Below, one piece after another: positions 1-14,281 of a stretch of DNA of 64,000 nucleotides. Positions within the stretch are counted from its first letter, which is position 1; every line of letters starts with the position of its first letter. A program made the position numbers and the translations under genes. Location: assembly GCA_004022145.1 (NCBI GenBank), contig RCNU01000028.1. One strand, 5' to 3'. Under the pieces are notes generated by a model. The model was not told the origin of the DNA and ran no database searches. It worked only from the letters and a program-made list of their open reading frames with translations. This stretch comes from Paecilomyces variotii. Taxonomy: Eukaryota.

Positions 1-3000
1 TAAAGATAAGTTATTATTCTAAATAGTCTCTTCTTCTACTACTTTATTATTACTAGCTTTATATTTCTAATTATTTTTAATATTTCTCTAGCTTCTTTTA
101 TAGATATATTCTCCCTTATATTAATTATATTAGCTAATAATTATATATATAGTTTATAAATTAAGTTAATCTTTCTAGGATTAACCTATTATAAGACTTC
201 TCTAACCTCTTTAATATTTATATTTAGTCTATTTAGCTAAGATTATACTTTAGTTTCCTTCTTATCTAAGCAGTAATAATTCTTAAAGTTAATATTAAGT
301 CTTTATTTTCCTTAAAACTATTTTTAATAGTCTATATTAATATTCTAGTATTTAAGGTTATTATTATTATCTATAAGTATTTTTAACCTTTCTTTAAGGA
401 TATTATTTTTTGTACTTCTTAGTTCTATTATATTTTATATTTTTTTAATATAAATTTAATATATAGCAGTAGGTTTAATTCTTTCTTCCTTTAAAAGTTT
501 TAATATTTTTTTATCTTCTAAATTAGCAATAGCCTTTTTTATTAATATAGATATACTAATTTTATATTTATATCCTTTTTTTAGCTATTTCTTTTTATCT
601 TAAGTCTTAAACTTCTTTTTTCTTTTTAGCTTTTTAAGACTCTTAATCTTCTTCTTCTCTTTCTCCTCTTTCTCTATATTTTTTTCTCTTTTATCTAATA
701 TTAAATCTATTAATAAGCTCTTATTTAAATCTTCTATCTAATATTTTTCCTCTTCTCCTATAATCTCCTTTAGAAGATTATTCTTTTTTACTCTTATTTT
801 AATTTCTTATAGCTCTTTATTAGTAGGCTTTTAAAAAATTAATCTTTCTCTGCTAAGGGCTTTTCTTAAAATATCTTTTACCTTTCTAATATTAATTAGT
901 TAAAGACTCTTTTTAATTAGTATTTTTTATCTCCTAATATTATAAAGTTTATTAATTTATATTTTTACTAGATATATAGCTGCTATTCTTTAGTCTCTAA
1001 TATTAAATACTAATTCTCTTATAGCTATTAAGGTCTAATATAATTATTTAATAATTAATAAGACTTAGTCTATAATCTCCTAACTCTATTTTTCTATAGC
1101 TTTATAATAATCTTTATTAATATATTTATAGTTTTTTTCTACTTATATTTTTAATTCTTTTAGCTTATTAATAGCTAGTATTTTTTTTTTTACTTCTTTT
1201 AATAGCTCCTATTAATTTAAGAAATTATAAAAATTACTAGCTACTTTATTATGCCTGCTTTAAAAATTTAAAATAATTACTACTATATTGCTTATAAATT
1301 AAACCTTCTCTTCTTTATTATTAGCCTTATTTATTATCTCTTTTATAAGCTTATAAATTTCGCTAACTATAGTATATATATATATTCTAAGTTAAAGAGC
1401 TTTATCCTAACGGATAATATTTTATATTTTTAATATATTTTCTTCTATTTTTAACGCGTATCTTTATAAAGTAATTTTTTAAAATAATTTCTAAGCGAAG
1501 AGATATACTTAAAAGATAAGATAAGGTTAAGTTTAGCTTAATTTAGTCTTTAGTTACTTCTGCTATAATATTATATAATATAAAAAATAAAGTTTTTATA
1601 ATAAGATAAGAATTCTTTATTTATTATTTATATTCTTTATTTAATATTTTCTATTTTTAGCTTTATTTATAGACTTTTTTAAGGTATTTAAACTAATATT
1701 ATATATTTTTTAGTTATCTCTCTTTTTCTTTATTCTTAATTATTATTAAATATCTTTAAATTTTTCTCTTCCCCTAAAAAAGACGCCCTTATCTTAAATT
1801 TATTCTCCTTCTTTTCCTATTATTATACTAGTACTTATTTTATTATTATTCTTTTATTTCTTCTCCTTTTAAACTAACTCTTTATTTTATTTTACTATTA
1901 GCTTTCTACTTCCCTTCTTTTAAGCTAATATTTTTAGAAGAAAGGTACTAGAACTATAACTATATATTTTAATCTAAGTAGTATTTAATCTATATTATTT
2001 TTACTATTATTTATTTGCTAATCTTCTTGCTTAAGTTCTATATTATTATTTACTACTAGTATATCTTCTTAGTTACCTTATAAATAATAGCCTTTTAAGC
2101 GATTTCTATAGATTAGATCTTAAAAAGCTATACTATTTAACTCCTCGAGCTTATAGGAACCTTTTTAAAGGACTTCCTTAATCTAGTATAATTTAAGCTA
2201 GTAATATATTAGTTTGGCAAAGTAAAATATCTTAAGCTTTATATTATAGAGTAGAATAAGTTATCCTTTAATTAGCTGCTTCTTATAAAGTTACTTTCTA
2301 TTATTAAAGGCTTCCTTACTAGCTTCCCTTATACGCTAGATATAAAGCTGTATTTCTTCTATATCCTGATCCCTGAGTTCTATCTGCCTTACGCGAAGAA
2401 GGAGAAGGTCTTCTATAGTTTTAACTTTATCTTATACTAATATCTTCTAGGTAAATACTTCTAGTTTAATTAGTAATACTATATTATATTCTATAATTAC
2501 TCTAAATAGCGTTAAACTAGTAGAGGTCTTAATTATATTCTTATCTGCCCAGATTATAGCTAGCAGGTAGTTTACTTAATTTACCTCTATTTCTTTTGCG
2601 AGTTTCCTAATACTATATATAAAGGATTTATATATAACTTTAATTGCTTTATTTACTTATAGGTTATATAGTAAGACTTTAATATAATTAATTTTATATT
2701 TCTATACTAATATATTAACTGTAGCTTTATTCTCTAGTTCTCTATTATTAATAAGAGTCTCTATTACTTCTTAGTAATAAATCTAGTCTTCTTATAAAAA
2801 TTTAATAATAGCTCTTAAAATAAGGCTGCTAAGCACTTTATATTTAATCTAGCTAAAGTTATCTTAAAATATAGTAATATAAATCTTTCTCTTATTAAAT
2901 AGTATAATCTTATAGATATCTAGATATAGCTTTAATTTCCCTAATAGAATAAATATTAATTATAAAGCTTTTTTTATATATTCTTTATTAGCTTTTTAGC

Positions 3001-4411
3001 ACTTATTATATATCTTTATTTATCTAGTAATATACTTATATAAGCCTTTCTACTAATATTAATTAGCTACTTTCCTATATATTATTTTATATTTCTAATA
3101 TTTATATTCTTTATAAAGAGTAATAAAGATCTCTTTTTACTTTCCCTTATTATTAATAACTATTTAATAAGGCTAATTCTGCTATACTCTCTAGAAAAGG
3201 ATATTATCTTGTACTATATACTTTATAGCCTCCTTCTTAAACTTAGTATATTATCCCTAATCTATATTATCTAGTTTTATTATAATTTATAACTATTCTA
3301 TAATTAGCAAAGACTTTTTTAATTAATATAATATAAGCATTAACTAAGAAATACTATTTAATTTTACTTCTTATATATTAATATAATAGACTATATAAAA
3401 CTATAAGTCTAGGAATTTCTCTATATTATTATCTTCTGCCTCTTCTAGATCTTACTTTATTATTAGATAATTTATCTATAATTAAGTTCTTTTTCCCTAA
3501 TATATAGATAATATTAAAGTTAAATAATTAAATCTAAGCAATTTATTAAGTAATTATTAATTTAAAGAGATTTATAGCTATCTTATTTAATTATATAACT
3601 AGAGTTTTTATATTTACCTTTAGTTAAAAATATATATTATATAGATATACTTAGAATTTGCAAAGTATCTTTAATACTGCCCTATATTTTAATTTTCCTT
3701 TATTATATTGCCTCTCTGCTTATATCTATACTTTATTTTTATATCTAGCTAGGTATCTCTTATTAGACTCCTTTTTTTCTTAAGTAAATTATACCCTCTA
3801 TTTATTATTACTGGTATTAATATTAATAATAATTATATCTTTCTCTTTATAATTAATTAGCTTAAGTATTAGTACTATTATTAAAGCTATTTTTAAAATA
3901 TTTATTATTTTTTATTATTTTAGCCCTTAAAAGAAGTTTTATCTCTTTCTTAATATTAAGTATATTAGCTTAGCCTTAGTAATATATTCTTTAATCTATA
4001 TCTAGTAATAGGCTATAATCTCTAGAAATTCTCTCGCTTCTTATAAGTTTTAATAAGATAGTTATTTTAAGATCTTAATTATTTTAGCTAACTTAAGATA
4101 TTTCCCCTTAGCATTATATATATAGTCTATTATTTTAATTCTTAATATTATAAATTATAATTTCTTCTTAATAATTATTAAACCTATAAGTTTAAGACTA
4201 TATAGTACCTTATTAATATTCTAGATATATTTAAATATAAACCTTCTAATTCTTAGCAGTGTCTCTTCCTCCTTATAATTAGTCTTAGGTCCTTATATTA
4301 ATATATTATCTAGAAATATATTATAGATATTAAGAATATTATCTGCTAGTATTCTTATAACTCCTTATATAAACTCTTATACTATATTTATTTATCCTTA
4401 GAATAATCTAG
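1..4411 (-). mobile_element. Ty3/Gypsy family copy A, left part (ORF3 region, integrase, RNase H, part of RT), heavily RIP-mutated and interrupted by copy B
   Basis: Reverse complement is colinear with ~8470-12850 of copy B (1-40 matches rc of 12810-12850). It resumes at 14608 after the CTAG duplication. Confidence 0.9.
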
Positions 4412-4737
4412 TATAGTGGGGAGAATCGGTGTAAAGAATGCAATTAGTTAAGAGGTTATATGCTTTTGCTTAAAGTCTTTAAAAAGTCTACAAGCAAAGC
4501 AAGAGAAGAGAGATAATACCTTTTAGTTACTTAGAATAAAATAATTAGCTTTTCCTTTCTATTATTGTTTAGTATCAGTTCAGCATTAGATTATTATTAG
4601 TTTACTATATTAGTTTATAGCTAGAGCTTCTCCTCTAGCTCTACTCTGAGCTCCGAAGCTAAATACTCTTCTCTTCCTTCTTAATACCTACTCGCTTAAA
4701 GACTCTATGCTAAGTCTTAATATATCTTCCTATAATA
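4412..4737 (+). repeat. 5' LTR of Gypsy copy B
   Basis: TATAGTGGGG...CCTATAATA (RIP form of TG...CA); aligns end to end with 14282-14607. Confidence 0.93.
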
Positions 4738-4740
4738 AAT

Positions 4741-4758
4741 TGGAGCCAAATACGGGGG
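4741..4758 (+). promoter_or_regulatory. Putative primer-binding site (tRNA not assigned)
   Basis: TGGAGCCAAATACGGGGG starts 3 nt after the 5' LTR; degenerate rc versions lie next to the LTRs at 18331 and ~39770. Confidence 0.55.
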
Positions 4759-5275
4759 GCGTTAAAATATTAAGCAGAAATAAGGGAGAAAGGAGAACTA
4801 GAAGCTAAGGTTAAGGCTGAAGCTGAGGAAAGGGGTAAGAAGCGGTAAAAAAATAAGTAAAATAGCTGAGGAAGATTACCATTATAAACAGAAAGAGATA
4901 AATATACTTCTTAGATTAGCAGAGACAGCGAATATAATATAAGGCGAAAACGCGCATTAATAACGAGAGAAAGGAAAGACTGCTAAATATAAGGAAGAGC
5001 TCAGCAAATATAAAAGAGAAGTAGAAATTCAAAAGAAATAGGAAATTATTAAGCAAGAATTATTTATTAAAAAATAGAAGAATTTCTTACTATTATCTTT
5101 ATTACTATTCCTTTAGAAAAATATAGAGAAAAGCACTAAACTTTTTGGCGTTAGTTAAAATAAAAGGACCTCTAACTTCTCAGTGTCGCCGGGTCTGGAG
5201 GCACAGATAGCTTAGGTATTTAAAAATGCAGGACTACTAATAGTATAGCTAATCCAGGTTATATTAGCTTCGCAG

Positions 5276-7498
5276 ATGCCAATGCCTAGAAATCCTGGGG
5301 CACTATATTTTAAAGGAGATAATATTACTTATTACCTAAGGCTTTTTAAAAGGCTATATAAGGCGAATTAACTCCCGGAAGAGGAAAAAACTAAATAGTT
5401 TATAGACTATTATAGCCCATCGGTATTATTATAGATAAGTACTTAACCTAAATATAAAGAGAAGAACTACTTAAAACTGGCAGAAGCGACTAAATAAGAG
5501 TATACTTACTGTAATAAGTACCAAAGGAAATATAATATCTAATAGCTGGAAAGGTTTAAAAATGTAAAATATAATAGCTCTAAGGACCTAAAGGAATATA
5601 ACTGAGAATATTAAGCTATATCGGAAGTGTTAGTAACTTCAGGTAAATTAAGCCGATACTTGCAGGGAGTTTAGTATCTTTAAGAATTTCTAAAGGAGTT
5701 TAAGCAGCAGATAGTTCAGGAGTTAAATATAGACTATTATACTCTATCTACTATTAAATACGCCAATTTCTATAAGAAGGTAGTAGACAGGATAAGAATA
5801 ATTAAAACCCTTTACTACCTCAACAGCAGCGAACCAGAGAAAGATTAAGATATAGCGGCTTTAATAAAGGAGAAGGTAACTGAAGAAGATAATATATAAC
5901 TTCTTATTAAACCTAATAGAACTTACCCGGATAAGAATAAAAGTAGGATTAAATAATAGAGCGCTAAAGTAAAGTCGACAGAGTAGTTATAGATTAATTA
6001 GTTAATAAAAGAGTTTAAAAAGTTGAAACTATATAGTATACAATATATAGGGAGGCTTAATAGTGGCATGCCTAATGCTGGCATAAATATGTAAGCCAGG
6101 GCGCCTTTAGGATTTAACCCGACTAAAGGATCTAGAATACCTCTAAACTTATATAACTTCTACTGGGCTCCTGATTATATTTAATTCTATTACCTAGATT
6201 TAAAAAGCCTCCTAAATTAGAAGCTTATCTATTAGGGAGAAGATTGCAAACTTTACTTTAGGCCGGAAGGATAGAATAGAAAAGTTATTTATCTTATATA
6301 GGGGAATATATCGCAAAAAGAGATTGTTAAACAGAGACTAAAGAAAGAGCAAAAGAATATTAGCTTAATTAGGTATAACATCCAGTCGATCATGCTAGGA
6401 CAGCCTAGGGATAACTTAAGCTCTAAGGAAGAAGCTAGGGACATTATAGAAAATTACTACTCTGTTAATATAATAGGATTGGATAAGCCCTAAAGAGTGA
6501 AGAAAAGGCAAAACGGGACTAAATAATTATATAAGGAAAAATTATAGAAAGTAATTAAATAGGAATAGAGATTTCCTTCAGTTAAGATAAACTAATTCAG
6601 CAATTATTAGCCTCTGAGCATGATTAAGAAAGTGAGGATAGTTAAAGAAGAAATAAAGGATGCGCCTAAGCAGAGTGAGGATAAAAAGGTTATTAAGATA
6701 AAAGAGAAATAGAAGTTAAAGAGGTTTAAAGTTGCAAATAAGCTGAAAGGGACTATTGATATAATAGGGGTTATAAACTAGATATTGGATACTGGAGTTC
6801 AGATGTTAATTCGGGATCTTATCAGTCTATCTCCTAATTTGCACAAGGCCTTATTTACCTTGCAACCGCAGCAGGTGATAATAAAGGTAATATTCTATGA
6901 TACTAAAGGAGTACAGTTTAATGCCTCTGTATTAAATACAAAGTATATGGTGAACAGTGCGGATTAGTGCACTTATACGTCCTTATAACTTAAGCCTCTT
7001 AATGAAGACAAAGTGCTATACACGGCCGCAACTCTGAAGTTGCCAATCAGAATTAATGGTTATAAAGAGACATGAAATATCATGGTAGATAGTGGAGCCG
7101 AAATTAATGTAATGCATAAAGATATGGTAAATTACTATAAACTCATTATAAGCCAGAAATTCAGAGGTAATATAATATCAGCAGATGGCGGGCAGACCCC
7201 TTTTATAGGTCTCTGTAAAGAGGTGCCTATATAAGTAGGATCTTTCTATTATAAGGTCCCTTTTTTTGTGGTAAATAACAAGATTAACTATAATTGTATT
7301 CTGGGACGGCCTTTTAAGTATTAAGCATATTTGCGGCACGTTGCTCTATTAGATGGGATAGTAAAGAGCATAATTTACTCTATGGACTGAAAGAATTAAG
7401 CCGTTATTCGGGTATTTTTAATAGATAACCTAAGAAACAAATTAAGGGAAGAGGTATTGCGCGATTTATTGTCCCGGGCATAAGAGTTGTTAAACTAG
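5276..7498 (+). pseudogene. gag: Gag-protease relic ORF (true start may lie further upstream)
   Basis: One frame reads MPMPRNPGALYF..., then YNFYWAPDYI*FYY at 6152 (de-RIPs to CNFCWAPDHIQFYC, a CX2CX4HX4C knuckle) and the aspartyl protease motif MVDSGAEINVM at 7082. Stops are mostly TAA/TAG, as expected from RIP. Confidence 0.85.
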
Positions 7499-10400
7499 AG
7501 CTAGAAAGAAATAACAAATACTAGATTAGGAATAGAGAAGGCCTGCGGGAGCTATACTCAGTGAATAACATTAGCTTTGGAGCAAGCGAGGAAATTGAAA
7601 GTAAAGGGGTAGGGATATTTAAACCTACCAAATTAAACAAAGGAGTTAGAAGGTTATGGGGGTATAGACTGTCTAGAAGGTGTAACTTTTTTACCATAAA
7701 AATAAAATATTTTATTAATATGCGGTATAAGAAGAAATATAAAAAGGTTTATCTAATAAATATATTAAACAGACTTACAGCGGCTCTAGGGGGGTTATTG
7801 AAATAGAAAGAAGTTATTAGGGAGCGCTATTACAAAAACCCCTAAAGAAGCGTAAAAGAAATACACAGAGGATTTGCCGAATATATCTAGCCAAAGATAT
7901 TAGATATTAAGAGAGGAATAAGATTAATACCGGACCGTCTAAAGAACCTTATTATAGGTAATAATTTATGGCTAAGAGAAAAAGAACTATTAATAAAGGT
8001 GCTTTTCACCCGAGAAGCGGTCCTTGCCTAGACTTTTAAAGAGATTAGATAAATGCGCCTAGAAGTTGTACCTCTAATTATTATTTGGACTATAGATTAT
8101 AAACTATAGCAGATAAAAAGCTTCCCAATACTAAAGGCACTTTATAGCATAGCACAAGAAATAGTGAAAGAGAGGATAAATACAGGGATCCTTAAACGCA
8201 GTCAAGGACTCTATTAAAATCTATAGTTCTTAGTAAAAAAGAAAAGCGGTAAATATTAGCTGATTAATACAGCTATAGAAGTTAATTAAATAATAATATA
8301 AGATGCTAATCTGCCCCCTTCAGCTAATAAGTTCTTAGAAGAGTTCAGTAGAATGCTAGTGTTAACGCTTATAGACTTATTCTCTGGGTATAATTAGTTA
8401 GAGTTGGCTGAGGAATCGCGGGACTTAACAGCTTTCTATATGCCAGGGATCGGTTTAATTTATTAAGCTAGACTACCCCAAGGATGGATAAATATAGTAT
8501 AGGAGTTTATGCGAGGAGTTATAAGAGTATTGGCAGATAATATTCCTGACATTTATAATATATTTCTAGATAATATACTAATATAAGGACCTAAGACCAA
8601 TTATAGGGGGGAAAAGACGCTGCCGGGAATTAGAAGGTTTATATTTAAACATATCTAGAATATCGACAAGGTATTATACAGTCTTAAACTTGCAGATTTA
8701 ATAATTACTGGGGAGAAATTATAATTTATAGTACTAGGAATTAAAGTGGTAGGCTATGTGTATAACGCTGAGGGGAGATATCCCGAGTTAGCTAAGATAA
8801 TTAAGATCTTAGAGTAGCTATCTTATCAGAACTTATAGGAAGCGAGAGGATTTCTGGGAGTTACAGCCTATTACTGGATATAGATTAAAGAATATGCTAC
8901 TAAAGCCGAGCCGATATACTTAATACTAAGGAAAGGATAAAACTTCTTTTAGGGGCCGGAATAATAAGAAGTAATAGACACCTTAAAAGTGGCCCTAATA
9001 ATAGTACCAGCACTTAAGCCGATTAACTATAGAGAGGGAGGTATAATTATTATTAATACTAATGCCAATAACAGTAGATAGGGGGCTTAACTTGCTTAAG
9101 AAGAAAAGGAGTCTAATAAGAGATACTTAGCCAGATATAAAAGTAGAGTATAGATATAGGCAGAGAGGCAATATAATAAAGGAAAGCTAGAGTGCAGGGC
9201 AGTGCTAAAGGTGCTTTACAAATTCTGAGTATACCTATATAATATATATTTTTGACTAGAGATAGATGTAAAAACTCTAGTGGCGCAACTAAATAGAATA
9301 GCTATAGACCTCCCTAAGTTAGTGGTTGCTTAATAGATTGCTTAGATTCAGCTATTTAACTTTAATATTATCTATATATTAGGGAAAAAGAACTTAGTTA
9401 TAGATAGGTTGTCTTAGAAGCTAATAATAGAGCAAGACCTAGAAGAGGCGGAAGATAATAATATAGAGGAATTTCTAGACCTACAGTTTTATACAGTCTA
9501 TTATACTAGTGTGCAAGAGGTAGAATTAGATAATATCCCTTAATTGATACCTATATTGCATTAGTTAGAAAAATCTTTGCTAATCGCAGAATAGTTATAA
9601 ACTATAATAAAACTGGATAATATAGACAGAGGACAGTACACTAAATTTAAGAAAGAGGCCCTGAAGTATATAGTACAAGATAGTATGCTTTTCTAGAGAG
9701 TATGACAAAATCAGCTTTGCTGCATAGTTGTTGACGATAAAGAAAAATAAAAGGAAATTCTTATAGCTCTTTATAAAAAGTATAAATATTGTAAGTATAA
9801 AGCGACTTATTAAAAGGTGGCTAATCAATATTAATAAAAAGGCCTGTATGAGTATATTGCTAGATAGGTAAAGATATATAATAAGTGCTAGAAAGCAGAT
9901 AAAGAATATATAGAAGAAGCTTTATAATTAATATTTATTCTATTAGGGAGATTGAAGCTATATTTAGATATCTGTAAGATTATACCGCCTAGCAAGGGAA
10001 AGACTTATATTGCTATACTTTAGGACGACTTCGGCTAAGTTAAATACAGAGCCTTTAGCAGCCTTACTTTAGGAGCTATTACTAAGTTCTTATAGGAAGA
10101 CTAGATTTATTATTGGGGAGTAATAGAGACTCTTATTAATAACAGAGGACCAGAGAATAAAACTGCAGTTAATATATTAGTACAGAAGTATAAGATTAAC
10201 TATATTAAAGTCTTGCTATATAACCTGTAAGCGAACAGAGCAGTTAAAGTTATATATAAGTCTTTTATATATAGTATTAGAAAACTTATAAAAAGAATAG
10301 GGGTAAATTAGGTAGATTATCTACTGGCAGTAATCTAGGCGGATAGGAATATAGTTAAGACCTTTATAGGCTTAATATTATTTAGAGCAGTTATAGGATA

Positions 10401-10953
10401 TAATGCTGTACTGCTAATTAAACTAGAAGTGCCTACCTAGAAGACTTTAGCATAAGATAAGGTTAGGACTATAGAAGATCTTCTACTCCTTCACGCATAA
10501 CAGATAGAGCTCTAAGATTAGGATATAGAAGAGGCCCGACTTCGCGTCTAATGTAAAAGAGAAGCTGGTAAGGAAGTCTTTAACAATAAAAAACAGCTTT
10601 GCGAAAAATAACTAATAGAAGGACAGCTTATTCTGCTTTATAATATAAAACTTAAGATGTCTTACTCTATAAAACTGGTATACTACTAGCTCAGATTATA
10701 TAGGATTAAAGAAGTCTTTAGGAAAGGATCCTATAAGCTTAAGGAGTTAGATAGTACACCTTTTAGGGACCCGATTTATAGGAATTGCTTAAAAGGCTAT
10801 TATTTATAAGAGGACTAAAATGAAATATTAACTACAAGTAATAATATAGCACCTGAGTAAAAAAATCAGTAACTGAGTAATAATAATAATAATGCAGACT
10901 GGATACCACCTGGATTAAAATATACAGTTGTGGTCCCAGCACCCTCCTTCTAA
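7495..10953 (+). pseudogene. pol: Pol relic ORF (reverse transcriptase, RNase H, integrase) in the -1 frame relative to gag-PR
   Basis: IDLFSGY (~8371), LPQGW (~8473), IFLDNIL from FLDD (~8560), RNase H TNA from TDA (~9058), integrase NRGPENK from DGGPENK (~10141); ends ...VVVPAPSF* at 10953. Confidence 0.9.
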
Positions 10954-11599
10954 AAATGTCAGTTTAGAAGGAGAGAAGTAGAAAGCTAGCAGTGAAGCAA
11001 GTTTAATGCTAAGTAAGAATGCTACGATAGGAAGAGAAGGAGGGTGAACTTAAGATAAGGGCGTCTTTTTTTGGGGAGGGGAAGGATTTAAAGATGCCTG
11101 AAGATAATTAAGAAAGAAGAAAAAGAGAGATAACTGAAAAACACGTGATATTGGCTTAAATACCTTGAAAAAGTCTATAAATAAAGCCAAAAATAGAAAA
11201 TATTAGATAAAGAATATAAGTAACAAATAAAGAATTCTTACCTTATTATAAAAACCTTATTTTTTATATTATATAACACCACAGCGGAAGTGACTGGAGA
11301 CTAAATTAAGCTAAACTTAACCCTATCTTACCTTTTAAGTATATCTTTTTACTTAGAAACTATTTTGAAGAGTTGCTTTATGAAGATATGCATTAAAAAT
11401 AGAAAAAAACGCACTAGAAATATGAAATATTATCTGTTAGGACAAAGCTTTTTAACTCAGAATATATATATATACTACAGTTAGCAAAATTTGTGAGCTT
11501 ATAAAGGAGATAATAAGTAAGGCCAATAATAAAGAAGAGAAGGTTTAGTTTATAAGTAATATAGCAGCAATTATTTCAAATTTTTAAAGCAGGCACGAT

Positions 11600-14280
11600 A
11601 AAGCAGCTAGTAATTTTTATAATTTCCTGAACTAATAAAAGCTATTAGAAGAAGTAAGAAAGAAAAAAGTACTAGCTGTTAATAAGCTGAAAGAATTAAA
11701 AATATAAACAGAAAAGAACTATAAATATGCTAATAAAGGTTATTATAAAGCCATAGAGAAATAGGGCTAAGAGACTATAGACTAAGTCTTGTTGATTATT
11801 AGAAAGTTATACTAGACCTTAGTAGCTATAGGAGGATTAGCTTTTAATACTAGAGACTAGAGAATAGCGGCTGTGTATCTAACAAGAGTATAGGTTAATA
11901 GACTTTATAATATTAGGAGATAAAGAATATTAACTGAAAAGAGCCTTTAACTAACTAATATTAGAAAGGCAAGAGATATCTTAAGAAAAGCCCTCAGCGG
12001 AGAAAGACTAATTTTTTAAAAGCCTATTAATAAAAAGCTATAAGAGGTTAGAATAAGAGTAGGGGAGAATAATCTTCTAGAGGAGATTATGGGAGAAGAG
12101 AAAGAATATCAGATAAAAGATTTAGGTGAGAGTTTATTAATAGATCTGATATTAGATAAAAAAGAGAAAAGCATAGAGGAGGAGGAAAAAGGGAAAAAGA
12201 AGATTAAGAGTCCTAAGAAGCCGAAAGGGGAAAAGAAGCTTAAGACTTAAGATAAGGAGAAACAGCTAGAAAAAGGATGTGAATATAAGGTTGGCATATC
12301 TATATTAATAGAAAAGGCTATTGCTAACCTAGAAGGCGAAGAAGTACTAGAACTTTTAAGGGAAGAAAGGATTAAACCCGCTGCTATATGCTAAGTTTAT
12401 GTTAAAAAAGTATAAAGCGTAATAGGACTGAGGAGTGCAGAAGATAATATCTTTAGAGAAAGGTTAAAAACGCTTATAGATAGTGACGATAACTTCAAAT
12501 CCTAGAATACTAATATAGACCACTGGAAATGGTTTTAATGGGGATAGAGACTTAACGCTAACCTCGAGGATTATTGCTGCCTGGATAAGGGGGAAACTAA
12601 AGCATAATCCTGGCTAAGTGGACTAAATATAAGCGCTGAGGAGGTCGGAGAAGTTTTACAGTAGGTTGATTCTAGGAAGATTAACTTAATCTGCGAGCCT
12701 TATATATAATTATTGGCCAATATAATTAGCATAAGGGAGGATATGTCTATAAAAGAAGCTAGAGGAGTATTAAAAGCAGTAAGAAATATAAAGCTGGCAG
12801 TAGTAAAGCAGTAGAAGAAGGGATTATTTAGAGCAATAACCCATCCTTATAGAAGTTTACTTGAAGAAACCAAATAGTCTATAAATAAAACCTCTAGAGG
12901 TAAATAGGTAACAGAACCTCCCAGCAGAGCCTTAGGAACTAATATAAAGCCCTCCTTTTCTGTGGTAAACCTGGAAGACTCCTTTATTAAAAAAAAAACC
13001 GGGCACCCGAAAGATATACAAAACACTAGAACTGTATAATTTAAAGATAATATAGAGGCTAAGCAGATACTAGGCACACCCAGCAATAGCTAGGTTGAAG
13101 GAAGAATAAAGAGTCCTATTCTAGGAAGTCCTAAAAGCATAGAAGATAGAGATAATACAAAAGTTAAAGAATCCTTATCTAAAGACCTTCTCCTCAAGAA
13201 ATCCCCGGCGTTAGGGATAGTTTAACTGTTTAGAGATCTTGGGTTAATTAATACAGATACTTCTAGTGATATACCGAGCAGTTTGTACTGTAAAGTCTGA
13301 GATAACCTATATAAGGCTGAAGAGTATCCCGAATCTAAGTATGGGGATAAAAAACATTTTAACCTAAGCGAAGAAGACTTTACCCTGAATAAGATACGGG
13401 ACTAATATATTTAGTTAAGTATTGCAATAAGGGAGGACTTTAACTATTGGGAAGCGAATGGGGTTTTCTAGATTATACCCTTTGAAGGGAAACTGGTAAA
13501 AGGGATATTATAATATGCTACTACAGAAGCGAAAATAGCCCTTTATTATAAGAAGGAGGGTGAAGGAATAGTAGGGCTTAAGAACTTATCTAGGAGTATT
13601 CTCTAGAAGGTTGTTGTGTAAGATATCCGGATCTATTTGATCTGGTTAGTGCTATATAGTTACGGCGAATACAGGCTATAGGTCCGGTATCTCAGAGGAT
13701 ATAAGCTAAGAGCATTAAATATAGAGACTGCTATCCCTAAGGGAGGAATAGGCTAAAGCTTTATAACCCTGGGAACTGGACTAATTGCCAGAGATAAATC
13801 TGAGGAAACTATAGGCTTAAGAGATATTGTACTTAGGCGGGGAGAAGTAACTTTTGTTAGTGATTTGTATTAGCTAATATTAGAGAATTAGGGAATAAAT
13901 CTTAATAGTATCTGCTGTTTTGATTATAGGGAGTAAGATAAGATAAGATTTGACTAAGAAGGATCCGGGCCTTTTAATATCTAGGTAAATAGAGTTATAG
14001 CTATAGGCAGAGCGATACTCAGTTAGCTAAACTGGGATTGCTTAGAAGTCGAAGCAGAGCTATACTTTATACTAAAGCAAGATATATTATCAGTTCGAGA
14101 TTATCTGCGGAGGAAAGGAACTCAGCTTTATGAGTTAGGGGTTTTAAGGTATATATAACACTAGAAACTGGAGCATTCCTGCTTTAGAAACAATTTATAG
14201 TATTAGAAGGAGGAGATAGTGTAGACTGTAATAACTAAGGAAGGCAGATGGGGGCATTTGCTCTCGGAGGAGGGGAGGCT
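11600..14280 (+). pseudogene. Extra sense-strand relic ORF (ORF3) of unknown function between integrase and the 3' LTR
   Basis: Hand translations of 11642-~12030 and 12422-~14280 fall in the same frame, with only RIP-derivable stops. The N-part is E/K-rich. The region is also present in copies A, C and D. Confidence 0.65.
14266..14278 (+). other. Polypurine tract
   Basis: GGAGGAGGGGAGG just before the 3' LTR; an rc version follows the LTR at ~22464. Confidence 0.85.
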
Positions 14281-14281
14281 A

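Noticed and set aside
10800-10953. Chromodomain at the integrase C-terminus
   Set aside because: The tail is short (…DWIPPG…VVVPAPSF*) and lacks the YLVKWxG-type pattern.
9595-13086. Short minus-strand ORFs 9595-9828 and 12847-13086 (likewise 33005-33190 and 50074-50262)
   Set aside because: Antisense or low-complexity chance frames within RIPped elements.
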